Below, in pieces: positions 48,796 to 57,687 of a stretch of DNA of 64,000 nucleotides (positions are counted from its first letter, which is position 1; each line of letters starts with the position of its first letter). A model generated the notes under the pieces. It ran no database searches. It was not told where the DNA came from and worked only from the letters and a program-made list of their open reading frames with translations. The translations under genes and the position numbers were made by a program. Origin of the DNA: an uncultured Alphaproteobacteria bacterium (GTDB lineage: Bacteria; Pseudomonadota; Alphaproteobacteria; RF32; CAG-239); the NCBI GenBank assembly GCA_944392185.1, contig CALXVW010000051.1:610-64609 (forward strand), read 5' to 3'.

Positions 48796-49737
48796 TTATT
48801 TTTTGGGTTTTATAACCTTAACCTCATCGTCCCAAGTATAAAGAAACCAATCCATTTCCAATTTTCCGCCGGCTCGGAATTTAACTGTCAGACTGCCATC
48901 AGGATTTTCGATAAAAGTTTGGTTGGGGTGGAAGATAAAGGTTTTGGCTTCTTCTGCCACTTTCGGACTAAAGAGCCATTCCACGTCAAAAGGCTTTTCA
49001 TGCCAAGCCCCAAAAGATTCTTGGGCATACGCCTCCAAATTAAAATCATCGTTAGTAAAAGTTTCCGGCAAAATGTCGGCTTCTAAAATATGCGATAAAG
49101 AAAAATTGTGTGCTTTCCCGGAATCCCAGCCGTCGCTATGCTTAGCAACTAAATAATGTGCCCTCTGTCCATATAAAAAACCGTACGGAATCAGGTTATA
49201 GTCAAAAATTCTGCCGTCCATTTTGCTTTTATATTTTAATCTGACCTGATGGCAGCTTAAAATTGCCTGCCGAATGGTATCTATAATTTGGGCATCTATT
49301 TTTATTTTTGGACCGGGACGCAAAACCAGCCCTTCCGCTTTTATTAACTCCTCCGCATCAACCTCGACCCTGCGTTTTTGTTCCGGCTTCATCAAGTTTT
49401 TCAGCTTAAGCTCAACCTTTGCCAATAAAGCGGCTTTATTGTCCAAACTATTTTGCTTAAGGTAACTTATTGCCGTTTGCAGGGCTGAAATTTCTTCCGG
49501 AGAAAACGCAATTAAGGAATTTAAAGTCCGTTGAGGAATTCGCCAGCGTTTTCTTTTTTCTCCAGTATAGACTTCTTCCATTTGTGGAAAATAGCGAAGC
49601 AAAGCGTCTCGCATTCTTTCTGCGGTACGTTGCGAAACATCAAAATCGTGACAAATATCGGCAAGAGAAATCCCGTCTGAACTTTCCTGCATTTTCATTG
49701 CCAAGTCAAACAGGTCTAACATCTTGCCGTAATTCAT
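48796..49737 (-). CDS. WYL-domain transcriptional regulator (HTH + WYL, BrxR/YafY-like)
   Basis: N-terminal HTH (GISLADICHDFDVSQRTAERMRDAL). Central WYL-type domain and C-terminal extension (WYL-like motif VAKHSDGWDS). 313 aa. Confidence 0.55.
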   Translation of the reverse strand: MNYGKMLDLFDLAMKMQESSDGISLADICHDFDVSQRTAERMRDALLRYFPQMEEVYTGEKRKRWRIPQRTLNSLIAFSPEEISALQTAISYLKQNSLDNKAALLAKVELKLKNLMKPEQKRRVEVDAEELIKAEGLVLRPGPKIKIDAQIIDTIRQAILSCHQVRLKYKSKMDGRIFDYNLIPYGFLYGQRAHYLVAKHSDGWDSGKAHNFSLSHILEADILPETFTNDDFNLEAYAQESFGAWHEKPFDVEWLFSPKVAEEAKTFIFHPNQTFIENPDGSLTVKFRAGGKLEMDWFLYTWDDEVKVIKPKK

Positions 49738-49747
49738 AACCGTATTC

Positions 49748-50413
49748 CTACCTTTCCGCGGGTTTTACTTTTATCATTAAAAGTTTAAAATTATTTAAAT
49801 ACTCGCACCAATGACATTCATATTCGTTTGTTGACACTTTTTTCTTATATTTATCATTTTTTGGTGAAAAAACTTTTGGCCCTGCCTCAATATTTTTTGC
49901 AAGGTAAAATTTTTCATCAATAGTTTCTTTCTTTTCTCCCTTTTCTCTTTCCCAATAAACCTTGTCATTAGTCAGAAAAAGGCAAAAATTGTTCATCTTT
50001 TTTGATGTTATGTTACGGATTCCCTCTAATCTTTCTATATCCTGAACAAACAATAATCTTCCAAAATCTTGGGCGGAGTGATTTTTTAATGTCAAATTAA
50101 TACCGTACCGTGTAATTTCTTTTGCTGTAGTCTTATATTTTAATTCGATAAACGAGATTTCATCAGGCGTATCAACATAAATATCTATATATTTTATACG
50201 AGTACCCTCTTTCTCACGATAAGGATATTCCAAAATGATTTTTGCCGTTTCGCCTAAAATTTCTTTTAGTTTCCACGCCAAGCTAAACTGAAAATCAGCC
50301 TCAAGCGTAAATATTGCATTTTCCGCTTTTAATCTTTTAATTGCTTCACTTATTGCAGTTGAAATGACATCCGCCATAATTACCTCCTTTATTTTTTTGC
50401 AGAACATAATCAA
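49748..50413 (-). CDS. PD-(D/E)xK-like nuclease-fold protein (221 aa), co-operonic with WYL regulator
   Basis: YIDIYVDTPDEISFIELKYK gives an Asp strand followed by ExK about 12 residues later. The gene stops 10 bp before the WYL gene start. Confidence 0.35.
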   Translation of the reverse strand: MIMFCKKIKEVIMADVISTAISEAIKRLKAENAIFTLEADFQFSLAWKLKEILGETAKIILEYPYREKEGTRIKYIDIYVDTPDEISFIELKYKTTAKEITRYGINLTLKNHSAQDFGRLLFVQDIERLEGIRNITSKKMNNFCLFLTNDKVYWEREKGEKKETIDEKFYLAKNIEAGPKVFSPKNDKYKKKVSTNEYECHWCEYLNNFKLLMIKVKPAER

Positions 50414-50919
50414 AATACCTTACATATCCGACAGAATTTGACGCTAATGGTATAAAAAAACAGTCGCCGGGATCTTGGCGACTGGGAGTTTACAACTGCA
50501 TAAAGACAGCATGATGCTTTTAGCAAAATGCCTGAACATAACATCATCTCCCAGTCATTAGACTAGGAGAAGTGTTTTTTGATTTCGGTCTGTCTTCTCT
50601 AATTCAGACCGCTTTATGAGGGATTGTAAAGTCCCAGCTCACTTTTGAGCCGATTTCATATTAACAACGTGTAATAAAATGTCAAAAGAAATGATTAAAT
50701 TTATGCTGAGGAAATATTATTTCTTTTAAGAAATATGATGTATGTTTATTATATTTCTTACAGAAAACCTCAAGTTCACTTAGTGGTGAAGATAAAAGTA
50801 TTCCATGACATCCTTTTGCGCTAATGCGTATAGACAAACCATAGGTTTCCAGCAGATTAATTTCGTCTGTTTACGGGGAATATTTACTGTTGAATAAGAT
50901 ACTGAATATAAATTGATAC

Positions 50920-52221
50920 TTAAGCTACTTTATCTAAGGTTTTTACATCCAAAATGTTATCCTCAATAATAGCGTCTTTGATGTCGTAGTTTTTATCAAG
51001 CATAGCAATTAAACAGCGACCGATGTGATAACTTAAATTAACTGGTACTGCATTACCGATTTGTTTGTATTGAGCCCCCATAGATCCTTTAAATTCCCAA
51101 GTATCTGGAAAAGATTGAATCCTTGCATATTCTCTAATAGTCAATGGCCGAGTTTCTTCTGGGTGACATCGTTCTGTTTGTTTTTGTGCCGGTGCACAGG
51201 TTAGAGTTAGGCTGGGTTCATCCCAGGAAAGACGTCTTGCCATACCTGTTTTTCCTCCAGAAAGGTAAAAACTTCCTTTCATATATTCTTTTTGTAACCC
51301 TATCGGAAGATCTCGCCAGTATCCTCCCTCTGGAACCTGTGAGAGAATCTCAGCTTTTCTTTTAGGGTAGCTTTGTCCTTCAGATTTTGGGCAATTTTTT
51401 AATGCTGATCTTAAAGAAACGGTATAATTTTTTTCTTTGGGAAAAATGAAAGGTATATCTAAGTCTTTTCTAATTCCAATTATAATTAATCGCTCTCTTT
51501 TTTGAGGGACATCCAAATATTGTGCTCTAAGTACTTTATATCTTACATTATAACCAAGTTCCGTTAAAGTATTTACCATAGTTTGAAGCGTTCTGCCGTT
51601 ATCGTGTTTTAATAATCCTTTGACGTTCTCACCAACAGCAATTTTGGGCATGGTTTCTTTAACACAACGAGCAAATTCAAAAAATAAGGTTCCTCTTGTA
51701 TCTTCGAATCCCATACTTTTTCCAGCATAGCTGAAAGCTTGACATGGAAAACCGGCCTGAACGATGTCGACCTTATTTTTCCAAGATGTAAAATCTACAT
51801 TATGGACATCAGCATGAATGATGTTTGTACCTTTAGGGAAATTATGTTTTAATGTTTCTATGCAGTTTTTATCAAATTCATTTAACAATACATGGTGAAT
51901 ACCAGCATTTTCAAAGCCTAAAGCTGTTCCTCCGGCTCCAGCAAATAATTCTATTGCAGTATAAGGGGATGGTGTTTTGTTTTTTAATACTTTAAATTCT
52001 GCTTCAGATTTGTCGTTTAATTTTTTTAGAAGTGCTTTTACTTCATCTTCATCAAAAATTCTATGGTTTTTATCCGATCTTTCTGCTTTTATAAGACCTT
52101 TTTTTTCCCATCGTCTGATTGTATCAATTGAAAGATTAAGTTTTTGGCTAACTTCATGGATAGATAACTGCATTGTAACACTCCTTGATTCAATAAAAGA
52201 ACCATAAAATAACCCTTGCAT
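50920..52221 (-). CDS. DNA (cytosine-5)-methyltransferase with N-terminal MerR-like HTH
   Basis: C5-MTase motifs I (ELFAGAGG), IV (GFPCQAFSYAGK) and VI (ENVKGLL). N-terminal LSIHEVSQKLNLSIDTIRRWEKKGLI (MerR-type HTH). Confidence 0.8.
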   Translation of the reverse strand: MQGLFYGSFIESRSVTMQLSIHEVSQKLNLSIDTIRRWEKKGLIKAERSDKNHRIFDEDEVKALLKKLNDKSEAEFKVLKNKTPSPYTAIELFAGAGGTALGFENAGIHHVLLNEFDKNCIETLKHNFPKGTNIIHADVHNVDFTSWKNKVDIVQAGFPCQAFSYAGKSMGFEDTRGTLFFEFARCVKETMPKIAVGENVKGLLKHDNGRTLQTMVNTLTELGYNVRYKVLRAQYLDVPQKRERLIIIGIRKDLDIPFIFPKEKNYTVSLRSALKNCPKSEGQSYPKRKAEILSQVPEGGYWRDLPIGLQKEYMKGSFYLSGGKTGMARRLSWDEPSLTLTCAPAQKQTERCHPEETRPLTIREYARIQSFPDTWEFKGSMGAQYKQIGNAVPVNLSYHIGRCLIAMLDKNYDIKDAIIEDNILDVKTLDKVA

Positions 52222-52266
52222 ATATGCAAGGGTTATTAGAATAGCTGTAGATAAGTTAAAATATCG

Positions 52267-52980
52267 TTATTGATTATATTTTTCTTCTATTTCTGTAGAT
52301 AGCTGCCTAATTACATTATTTAATAATTCGGTTCCATCGACCTCTGTTGCAAGAGACGCAATTTCATTTATTAATTCATCATAAAAGCTGGGATCCCCGG
52401 TTAAATGGTGCCAAAAATCTTTGCCGACATATACTGGATGCGAACGATCAATTGTCCGATACATTTGTGATAAATCATCACTTTTTCCATAAAAAACACC
52501 AACAATACAATCAATATCAGCATTAAATTCGCGTAAACCATTGGTGCGGGCTATACGACGAATAGATTCAAAATGATTTTTAATGGTTGTAATATCATCT
52601 TTATTAATGGTATTTGGGCCAGCTTTTATTTGGCAATATTTACGTCGGCCATCAAGTTGATCGACAAATTCAATGTCTATTCCAGGAGTTGTGGATGCAA
52701 AACCGCTAAGTACATCTTTACAGAAGGCTTGCATTTGTGTACCGAACGTAGTGTTTATTGAAGTACCTAAAACCCTAGGATATACTAAAGCCTTTGCTAT
52801 GCTAGAAGCGTCACAATTACCAAAAGCAAAGTTTGCTAGATATTTTTCTAAAAAAGGATTCGGTTGAAAAGCCGATAATTTACCTAATTTTTCTGTATTC
52901 CTTTTATGATTATCAACAATTTTCTCTCTAAAAAAATCCTTTGCTTTTGCTAGTATTTCTCTTTTTTCTGCCTCAGTCAT
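52267..52980 (-). CDS. Candidate Type II restriction endonuclease paired with the C5-MTase
   Basis: Immediately upstream of and co-directional with the MTase. IDIEFVD...KYCQIK gives a degenerate PD-(D/E)xK-like arrangement. Assignment by context. Confidence 0.35.
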   Translation of the reverse strand: MTEAEKREILAKAKDFFREKIVDNHKRNTEKLGKLSAFQPNPFLEKYLANFAFGNCDASSIAKALVYPRVLGTSINTTFGTQMQAFCKDVLSGFASTTPGIDIEFVDQLDGRRKYCQIKAGPNTINKDDITTIKNHFESIRRIARTNGLREFNADIDCIVGVFYGKSDDLSQMYRTIDRSHPVYVGKDFWHHLTGDPSFYDELINEIASLATEVDGTELLNNVIRQLSTEIEEKYNQ

Positions 52981-53132
52981 AGCTATTTCCTATGTTGTTT
53001 TTACTAATATATTGAAATTATACTGGCGATTATTGAAAACACAATCATTAAATTAGTTAAAAGAAAAATTCTTGACTCCATAGCAAGCATGCAATATAAA
53101 AAATATCAGCAAGCATAAAAAGAGGTATAAAT

Positions 53133-54137
53133 ATGAATGTAAATCAAATTAAAGGTGGTAAGGTTAGAGCAAAAAAATTATCATCAGAACAACGTAGAGA
53201 GATAGCAATAAAAGCGGCACAATCAAGATGGCAAAAAAGTGCTACTAATGAAAGCAATTTTCCTAAGGCTCTATATACTGGAGTGCTTCCTATTGGCGAT
53301 GTAGAAATAGATTGTGCTGTATTAGATGATGGTCGGAGAGTTTTAACCGCAACATCTATATTTAATGCTTTTGATCGAACTAGAAAAGGTATGAATTCAA
53401 GGCTCGAAATTGAAGGAACAAAAATACCTCCATTTTTGGCCGCAAAAAACTTAGAAAAATATATAACTTCAGAAGTTATTGAGAAGGCCACCCCAATCAC
53501 ATATATTGATGGGTCTATAGAAAAAACAGGTTATTTGGCCAGTATATTACCTAAAATGTGTGAAGTTTATCTCAATGCACGTAGAGACAACCAATTAACA
53601 GCTTCACAAAAGAAACTTGCAGAGAAATCTGAAATTCTATTAATGGCTTTTGCTCAAGTTGGTATAGATGCATTAATTGACGAAGCAACAGGTTACCAAT
53701 ATGACAGAAAACACGATGCATTAAGGATATTGTTAGCAAAATATATTGAAGAAGGTTTACAAAAATGGATTAAAACATTTCCGGATGCTTTTTTTGCTGA
53801 ACTAGATCGTCTTTATAATAACGGAATCACTATTTCTCGTAAAAGGCCGATGTATTATGGAAACTTTATAAATAAATATGTGTATGAGCCAATAGAACAC
53901 GGATATATAAAAGAAGAACTTAATAAGAAGAATATAAAAAAAGATGGAAAAAGAATTGCTCAGTTTCATAGGTGGTTAACTGAAGAGGGAAGAAATATCC
54001 TTATTTTACAGATTGGTAGGGTTTCAGCTCTTATGGAGATTAGTAAAAATATAGAGGCATTTAAAAGAAAAGTTGAAAAACAAAAGGAAATCTCTGTAGC
54101 TCCGTATCTATTTGAAGAGATGAATGAAATTGAATAA
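53133..54137 (+). CDS. P63C-domain protein (phage-type) immediately upstream of Gabija
   Basis: N-terminal GGKVRAKKLSSEQRREIAIKAAQSRWQK and central IDEATGYQYDRKHDALRILLAKYI...WIKTFPDAFF match the P63C-domain pattern. Stops 31 bp before gajA. Confidence 0.45.
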   Translation: MNVNQIKGGKVRAKKLSSEQRREIAIKAAQSRWQKSATNESNFPKALYTGVLPIGDVEIDCAVLDDGRRVLTATSIFNAFDRTRKGMNSRLEIEGTKIPPFLAAKNLEKYITSEVIEKATPITYIDGSIEKTGYLASILPKMCEVYLNARRDNQLTASQKKLAEKSEILLMAFAQVGIDALIDEATGYQYDRKHDALRILLAKYIEEGLQKWIKTFPDAFFAELDRLYNNGITISRKRPMYYGNFINKYVYEPIEHGYIKEELNKKNIKKDGKRIAQFHRWLTEEGRNILILQIGRVSALMEISKNIEAFKRKVEKQKEISVAPYLFEEMNEIE

Positions 54138-54167
54138 GTTTCATTCTCTATTACTAGGAGTTAATTT

Positions 54168-55868
54168 ATGAAAATATCAAAATTGACTATTGAAAATTTT
54201 AGAAATTTGTCAGGAATATCAACGATTTTCTCTGATGAAATTTGTTCAATTGTTGGTGAAAACAATATTGGAAAATCAAATTTATTATATGCTATTACAT
54301 CTGTATTAACGGGTAAGAAATTTGATGAAATAGATTTTTATGATAAAAGTAAGCCACTGGTTATTTCTTTTACATTAAAACTCTCGGATGAAGAATTAGG
54401 TGCTTTTGATGATTATTTTGATCCAGACGACCATCATTTAGTTAATATTATCGCAGAGCAAGCAACTCCTGATGATTATATTAACTATAGACACAAAGAA
54501 AGTGGAAACTCTATTTCACGAGCAGATATAATTAATAATTTAAATGTGATTGTATATGATTCTTTAAGAAATCCTAAAACAGAAATAACTTTTGAAAAGA
54601 GTAAAGGTGTAGGAGCATTTTTAAATTATATTATAAGAAGGTATTTATCTCAAAATGCTTCTAAATTATATCTTGTAGAAGAAAATATAAACTCATTAAA
54701 TGATTATATTATAGGGATTCTTGAAAAACTTACGTGTTTTAATAAGTTTAATATAAAATCAGATGTATCTAATAATGCAGATGAATTATTACCCAAAATT
54801 TTTGATCTATACGAAGCAGGGAACATTCCTTTAGAGTGCTCAGGATATGGAGTACAGTTTAATATACTTATTTTATTATCTATTTTAGAAAAAATTTTAA
54901 GATATTCTGAAAAAAAAGGATTGCCTGATAATAAAACATTTTCCTGTATTATTACTTTTGATGAACCTGAGATACATCTAAGTCCTTTTTTACAAAGAAG
55001 CATATTGTACAATATCAAAAAGATTGCAAAAGGAGAAGATGATGATTTTAATGCAATTATAAAAGAACTATTTGATATTGATCATTTTTCTGCTCAAATA
55101 TTGCTGACAACCCATTCCAGAGAAATTGTCGAAAATAACTATAAACAAATCATTCGTTTATATAAAGATGAATCCAAAGTAAAAGCTGTATGTGGTGCCG
55201 ATATTTCAATAACATCGGAAGAAAAACATTGGTATAAAGCACTAACCTACGTTAAAGAGGCTTTGTTTGCAAAAAAAGTTATATTAGTGGAAGGTGATAG
55301 TGAACAGGGCGCCTTGTATAGCTTTGCAAAAACATTAAAAATCAATTTGGATGATTATGGTGTTGCTATCGTAAAGGCATCTGGCGCTAATAGTATTTTT
55401 CCATTAGCTTATTTGTTTGAGAAATTTAATATACAACCTATACTTATTTTTGATAAAGATAAATATGATGAATATCAAAGAGGTAATAAAGATCAAGATA
55501 TTACACATTTTAAAGATTATATGTTTGTTACGCAAACTAAATGTTTTGATAGTGAAATAGTTTTTAATTTATATAATGATGACGGAATTGAAGTTCTAAA
55601 GGTTATTCAGAATGATTATAGGTGTAATATAATTCAAAGAAGTTCTGTTGCTAAACTTAATAAGCAGTACGCACTAAATCCTCCATTAGAAGAACAAGAT
55701 TACCAATTCGCTTCATACCAATATCCAGATGAAATTTTAAAATATATGTATGTTTCATTTTTTCAAAATAATAAAACTGTTGTATTTGGAGAGTGTATTG
55801 GCGAGCGTTGTCCCGAAGTGTGTATTCCAGAATGTTACAAAAACGCTATTCTTAAGGCAGTCGAATAA
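54168..55868 (+). CDS. gajA: Gabija GajA (OLD-family ATPase + Toprim nuclease)
   Basis: N-terminal ISKLTIENFRNLSGIS...IVGENNIGKSNLLYAI (AAA_15/OLD ABC-type ATPase). C-terminal Toprim VILVEGDSEQ. 566 aa, overlapping the start of a UvrD-like gene. Confidence 0.75.
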   Translation: MKISKLTIENFRNLSGISTIFSDEICSIVGENNIGKSNLLYAITSVLTGKKFDEIDFYDKSKPLVISFTLKLSDEELGAFDDYFDPDDHHLVNIIAEQATPDDYINYRHKESGNSISRADIINNLNVIVYDSLRNPKTEITFEKSKGVGAFLNYIIRRYLSQNASKLYLVEENINSLNDYIIGILEKLTCFNKFNIKSDVSNNADELLPKIFDLYEAGNIPLECSGYGVQFNILILLSILEKILRYSEKKGLPDNKTFSCIITFDEPEIHLSPFLQRSILYNIKKIAKGEDDDFNAIIKELFDIDHFSAQILLTTHSREIVENNYKQIIRLYKDESKVKAVCGADISITSEEKHWYKALTYVKEALFAKKVILVEGDSEQGALYSFAKTLKINLDDYGVAIVKASGANSIFPLAYLFEKFNIQPILIFDKDKYDEYQRGNKDQDITHFKDYMFVTQTKCFDSEIVFNLYNDDGIEVLKVIQNDYRCNIIQRSSVAKLNKQYALNPPLEEQDYQFASYQYPDEILKYMYVSFFQNNKTVVFGECIGERCPEVCIPECYKNAILKAVE

Positions 55869-57661
55869 TGTCTTGTATTGAAGATAAGTTAAAAGAAATG
55901 CATCAAAATGATAGGGAGCAACTTGATATCATATTTTCTCAAGAAAAACGAATCCTTGTTGAAGCATCAGCAGGGTGCGGTAAAACAAAGACATTAGTTA
56001 GTAAAATAGCTTATTTGCTTAGTACAAATAAGATTCCTGTAAATAAAAAAATTTTGATATTAACATTTGGTGTAAATGCTGCTTACAAAATAAAAAAAGA
56101 AGTTTTTGAAAATGTACCTAAGTTAATAAGAAATATTCACGATTTAGAAGATAAAATCATAGTTACTAATTTTCATGGCTTTTCGCGTAGAATTCTAAGT
56201 CGATATGGGTATTTATTAAATGATAATCTTTTGCAATTAAACCAATTTTCTATAGATGATGATGCAGAAACCGATGAATTAACACAGTTAGACATAGGGC
56301 TACTTATGTCAGAAGCTGATTTTTTAAGTACTTATTCTCAATGTATCAAAGATAATAATTATGGTTACTTGAATGAAAATTTTGAGAAGTATATTGCTTT
56401 AATAAAGTATAAGTTTCTGCCAAATAATCATATTACATATAATGCCATATTATTACTTACATTGAAACTTTTAAGTCAATATAGTGGAATATTACAGTTT
56501 TATCAAAAACTATTTCCTTATATAATAATTGATGAATTTCAAGATACTGGTAGTATTAGCTGGGCAATACTTAGACAACTGATAACAGAAAAAACTTCTC
56601 TTCTGTTTATGGGAGATCCTTTACAAAGAATTTATGGTTTTATAGGTGCTGTTCCAGGTTTAATGGAAAAAGCATGTGCAAAATATTCTATGAATATATT
56701 TAAAATAACAACAAATTATCGGTTTAAAGATAATCCGAATATGCTGCAATTAGATAAAAACATTAGAGAAAATAGTAAAGGCAATTCTATAATTATCACT
56801 CAAAATGCGGTTGTTCCTTGTAATTTGTATTATACACAGCACGATGAGGCAGTCTATATAAAATCAAAATTAATTTATTTATTAAATCATTATCAAGGAT
56901 GCAAAATAGCAATTTTAATTCAATCCCGAACAAAAAATTTAAATTATATCTTGGATTATTTAGCTAGTAACTCAATTGATTATTTTAATGGATTATTCAA
57001 CGAAGAAAGTTATTCTTATAAAAAATTTCATAAAGATGTATTGGAAATATTTATAGATAGTTATAACAAAAGTAAATTAAAAACTATTCGCAAATCTTTT
57101 TTATCTCAAATTTACGAAAAAGTTTCTGCTTTTTATGATGCTCACATGACAGATGAAATATCATCTTTAATAAAATTGTTAAAAGTGTTTTTTTCTGATA
57201 TCACAAATAAGATTTATCTTAATAATGAAGAAAAATATCAGCTAATAATTGATGTATTATCAAATAATTCCTTAAAACAATCTATGGAACTATTGGAAGA
57301 AAAAATTGTAGTTACAACGGTGCATGGTGCAAAAGGATTGGAATGGGATTATATTTTACTTCCTGATATGGAGCGAAATAGTTTTCCTAATTGGCAATCT
57401 TTATGTAGTGTATGTCCGGAAATAGCAAACCATGATGATTGTAATAGATGTTTAAACAAAAGTAGCAATATGGATCAAAAGTTTTATTGTCGCTACATTG
57501 ATATTCTTAGCCTTTTTTATGTGGCGGTTACAAGAGCTAGAAAACAAGTATTTTTTTCTGCTAGTTTACAAACGTTGAATAATCTAAAATATCCAAGAAC
57601 AAAAATTAGCTGTTTATTATCTCTTCCTGGTATTGACTTAAAAGAAGATAAAGAAATCTGA
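55868..57661 (+). CDS. gajB: Gabija GajB (UvrD-like helicase)
   Basis: Motif I ASAGCGKTKT, motif II IIDEFQDTG, motif V-like VTTVHGAKGLEWDYILL. The start overlaps the gajA stop (taATG). Confidence 0.75.
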   Translation: MSCIEDKLKEMHQNDREQLDIIFSQEKRILVEASAGCGKTKTLVSKIAYLLSTNKIPVNKKILILTFGVNAAYKIKKEVFENVPKLIRNIHDLEDKIIVTNFHGFSRRILSRYGYLLNDNLLQLNQFSIDDDAETDELTQLDIGLLMSEADFLSTYSQCIKDNNYGYLNENFEKYIALIKYKFLPNNHITYNAILLLTLKLLSQYSGILQFYQKLFPYIIIDEFQDTGSISWAILRQLITEKTSLLFMGDPLQRIYGFIGAVPGLMEKACAKYSMNIFKITTNYRFKDNPNMLQLDKNIRENSKGNSIIITQNAVVPCNLYYTQHDEAVYIKSKLIYLLNHYQGCKIAILIQSRTKNLNYILDYLASNSIDYFNGLFNEESYSYKKFHKDVLEIFIDSYNKSKLKTIRKSFLSQIYEKVSAFYDAHMTDEISSLIKLLKVFFSDITNKIYLNNEEKYQLIIDVLSNNSLKQSMELLEEKIVVTTVHGAKGLEWDYILLPDMERNSFPNWQSLCSVCPEIANHDDCNRCLNKSSNMDQKFYCRYIDILSLFYVAVTRARKQVFFSASLQTLNNLKYPRTKISCLLSLPGIDLKEDKEI

Positions 57662-57687
57662 TCTTTGCTCTATGTTGAATTATATTT

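Noticed and set aside
50455-50560. Retron-like ncRNA (inverted repeats flanking a structured segment)
   Set aside because: No reverse transcriptase gene anywhere nearby. The structures are kept only as a possible regulatory leader or ncRNA in the WYL-locus finding.
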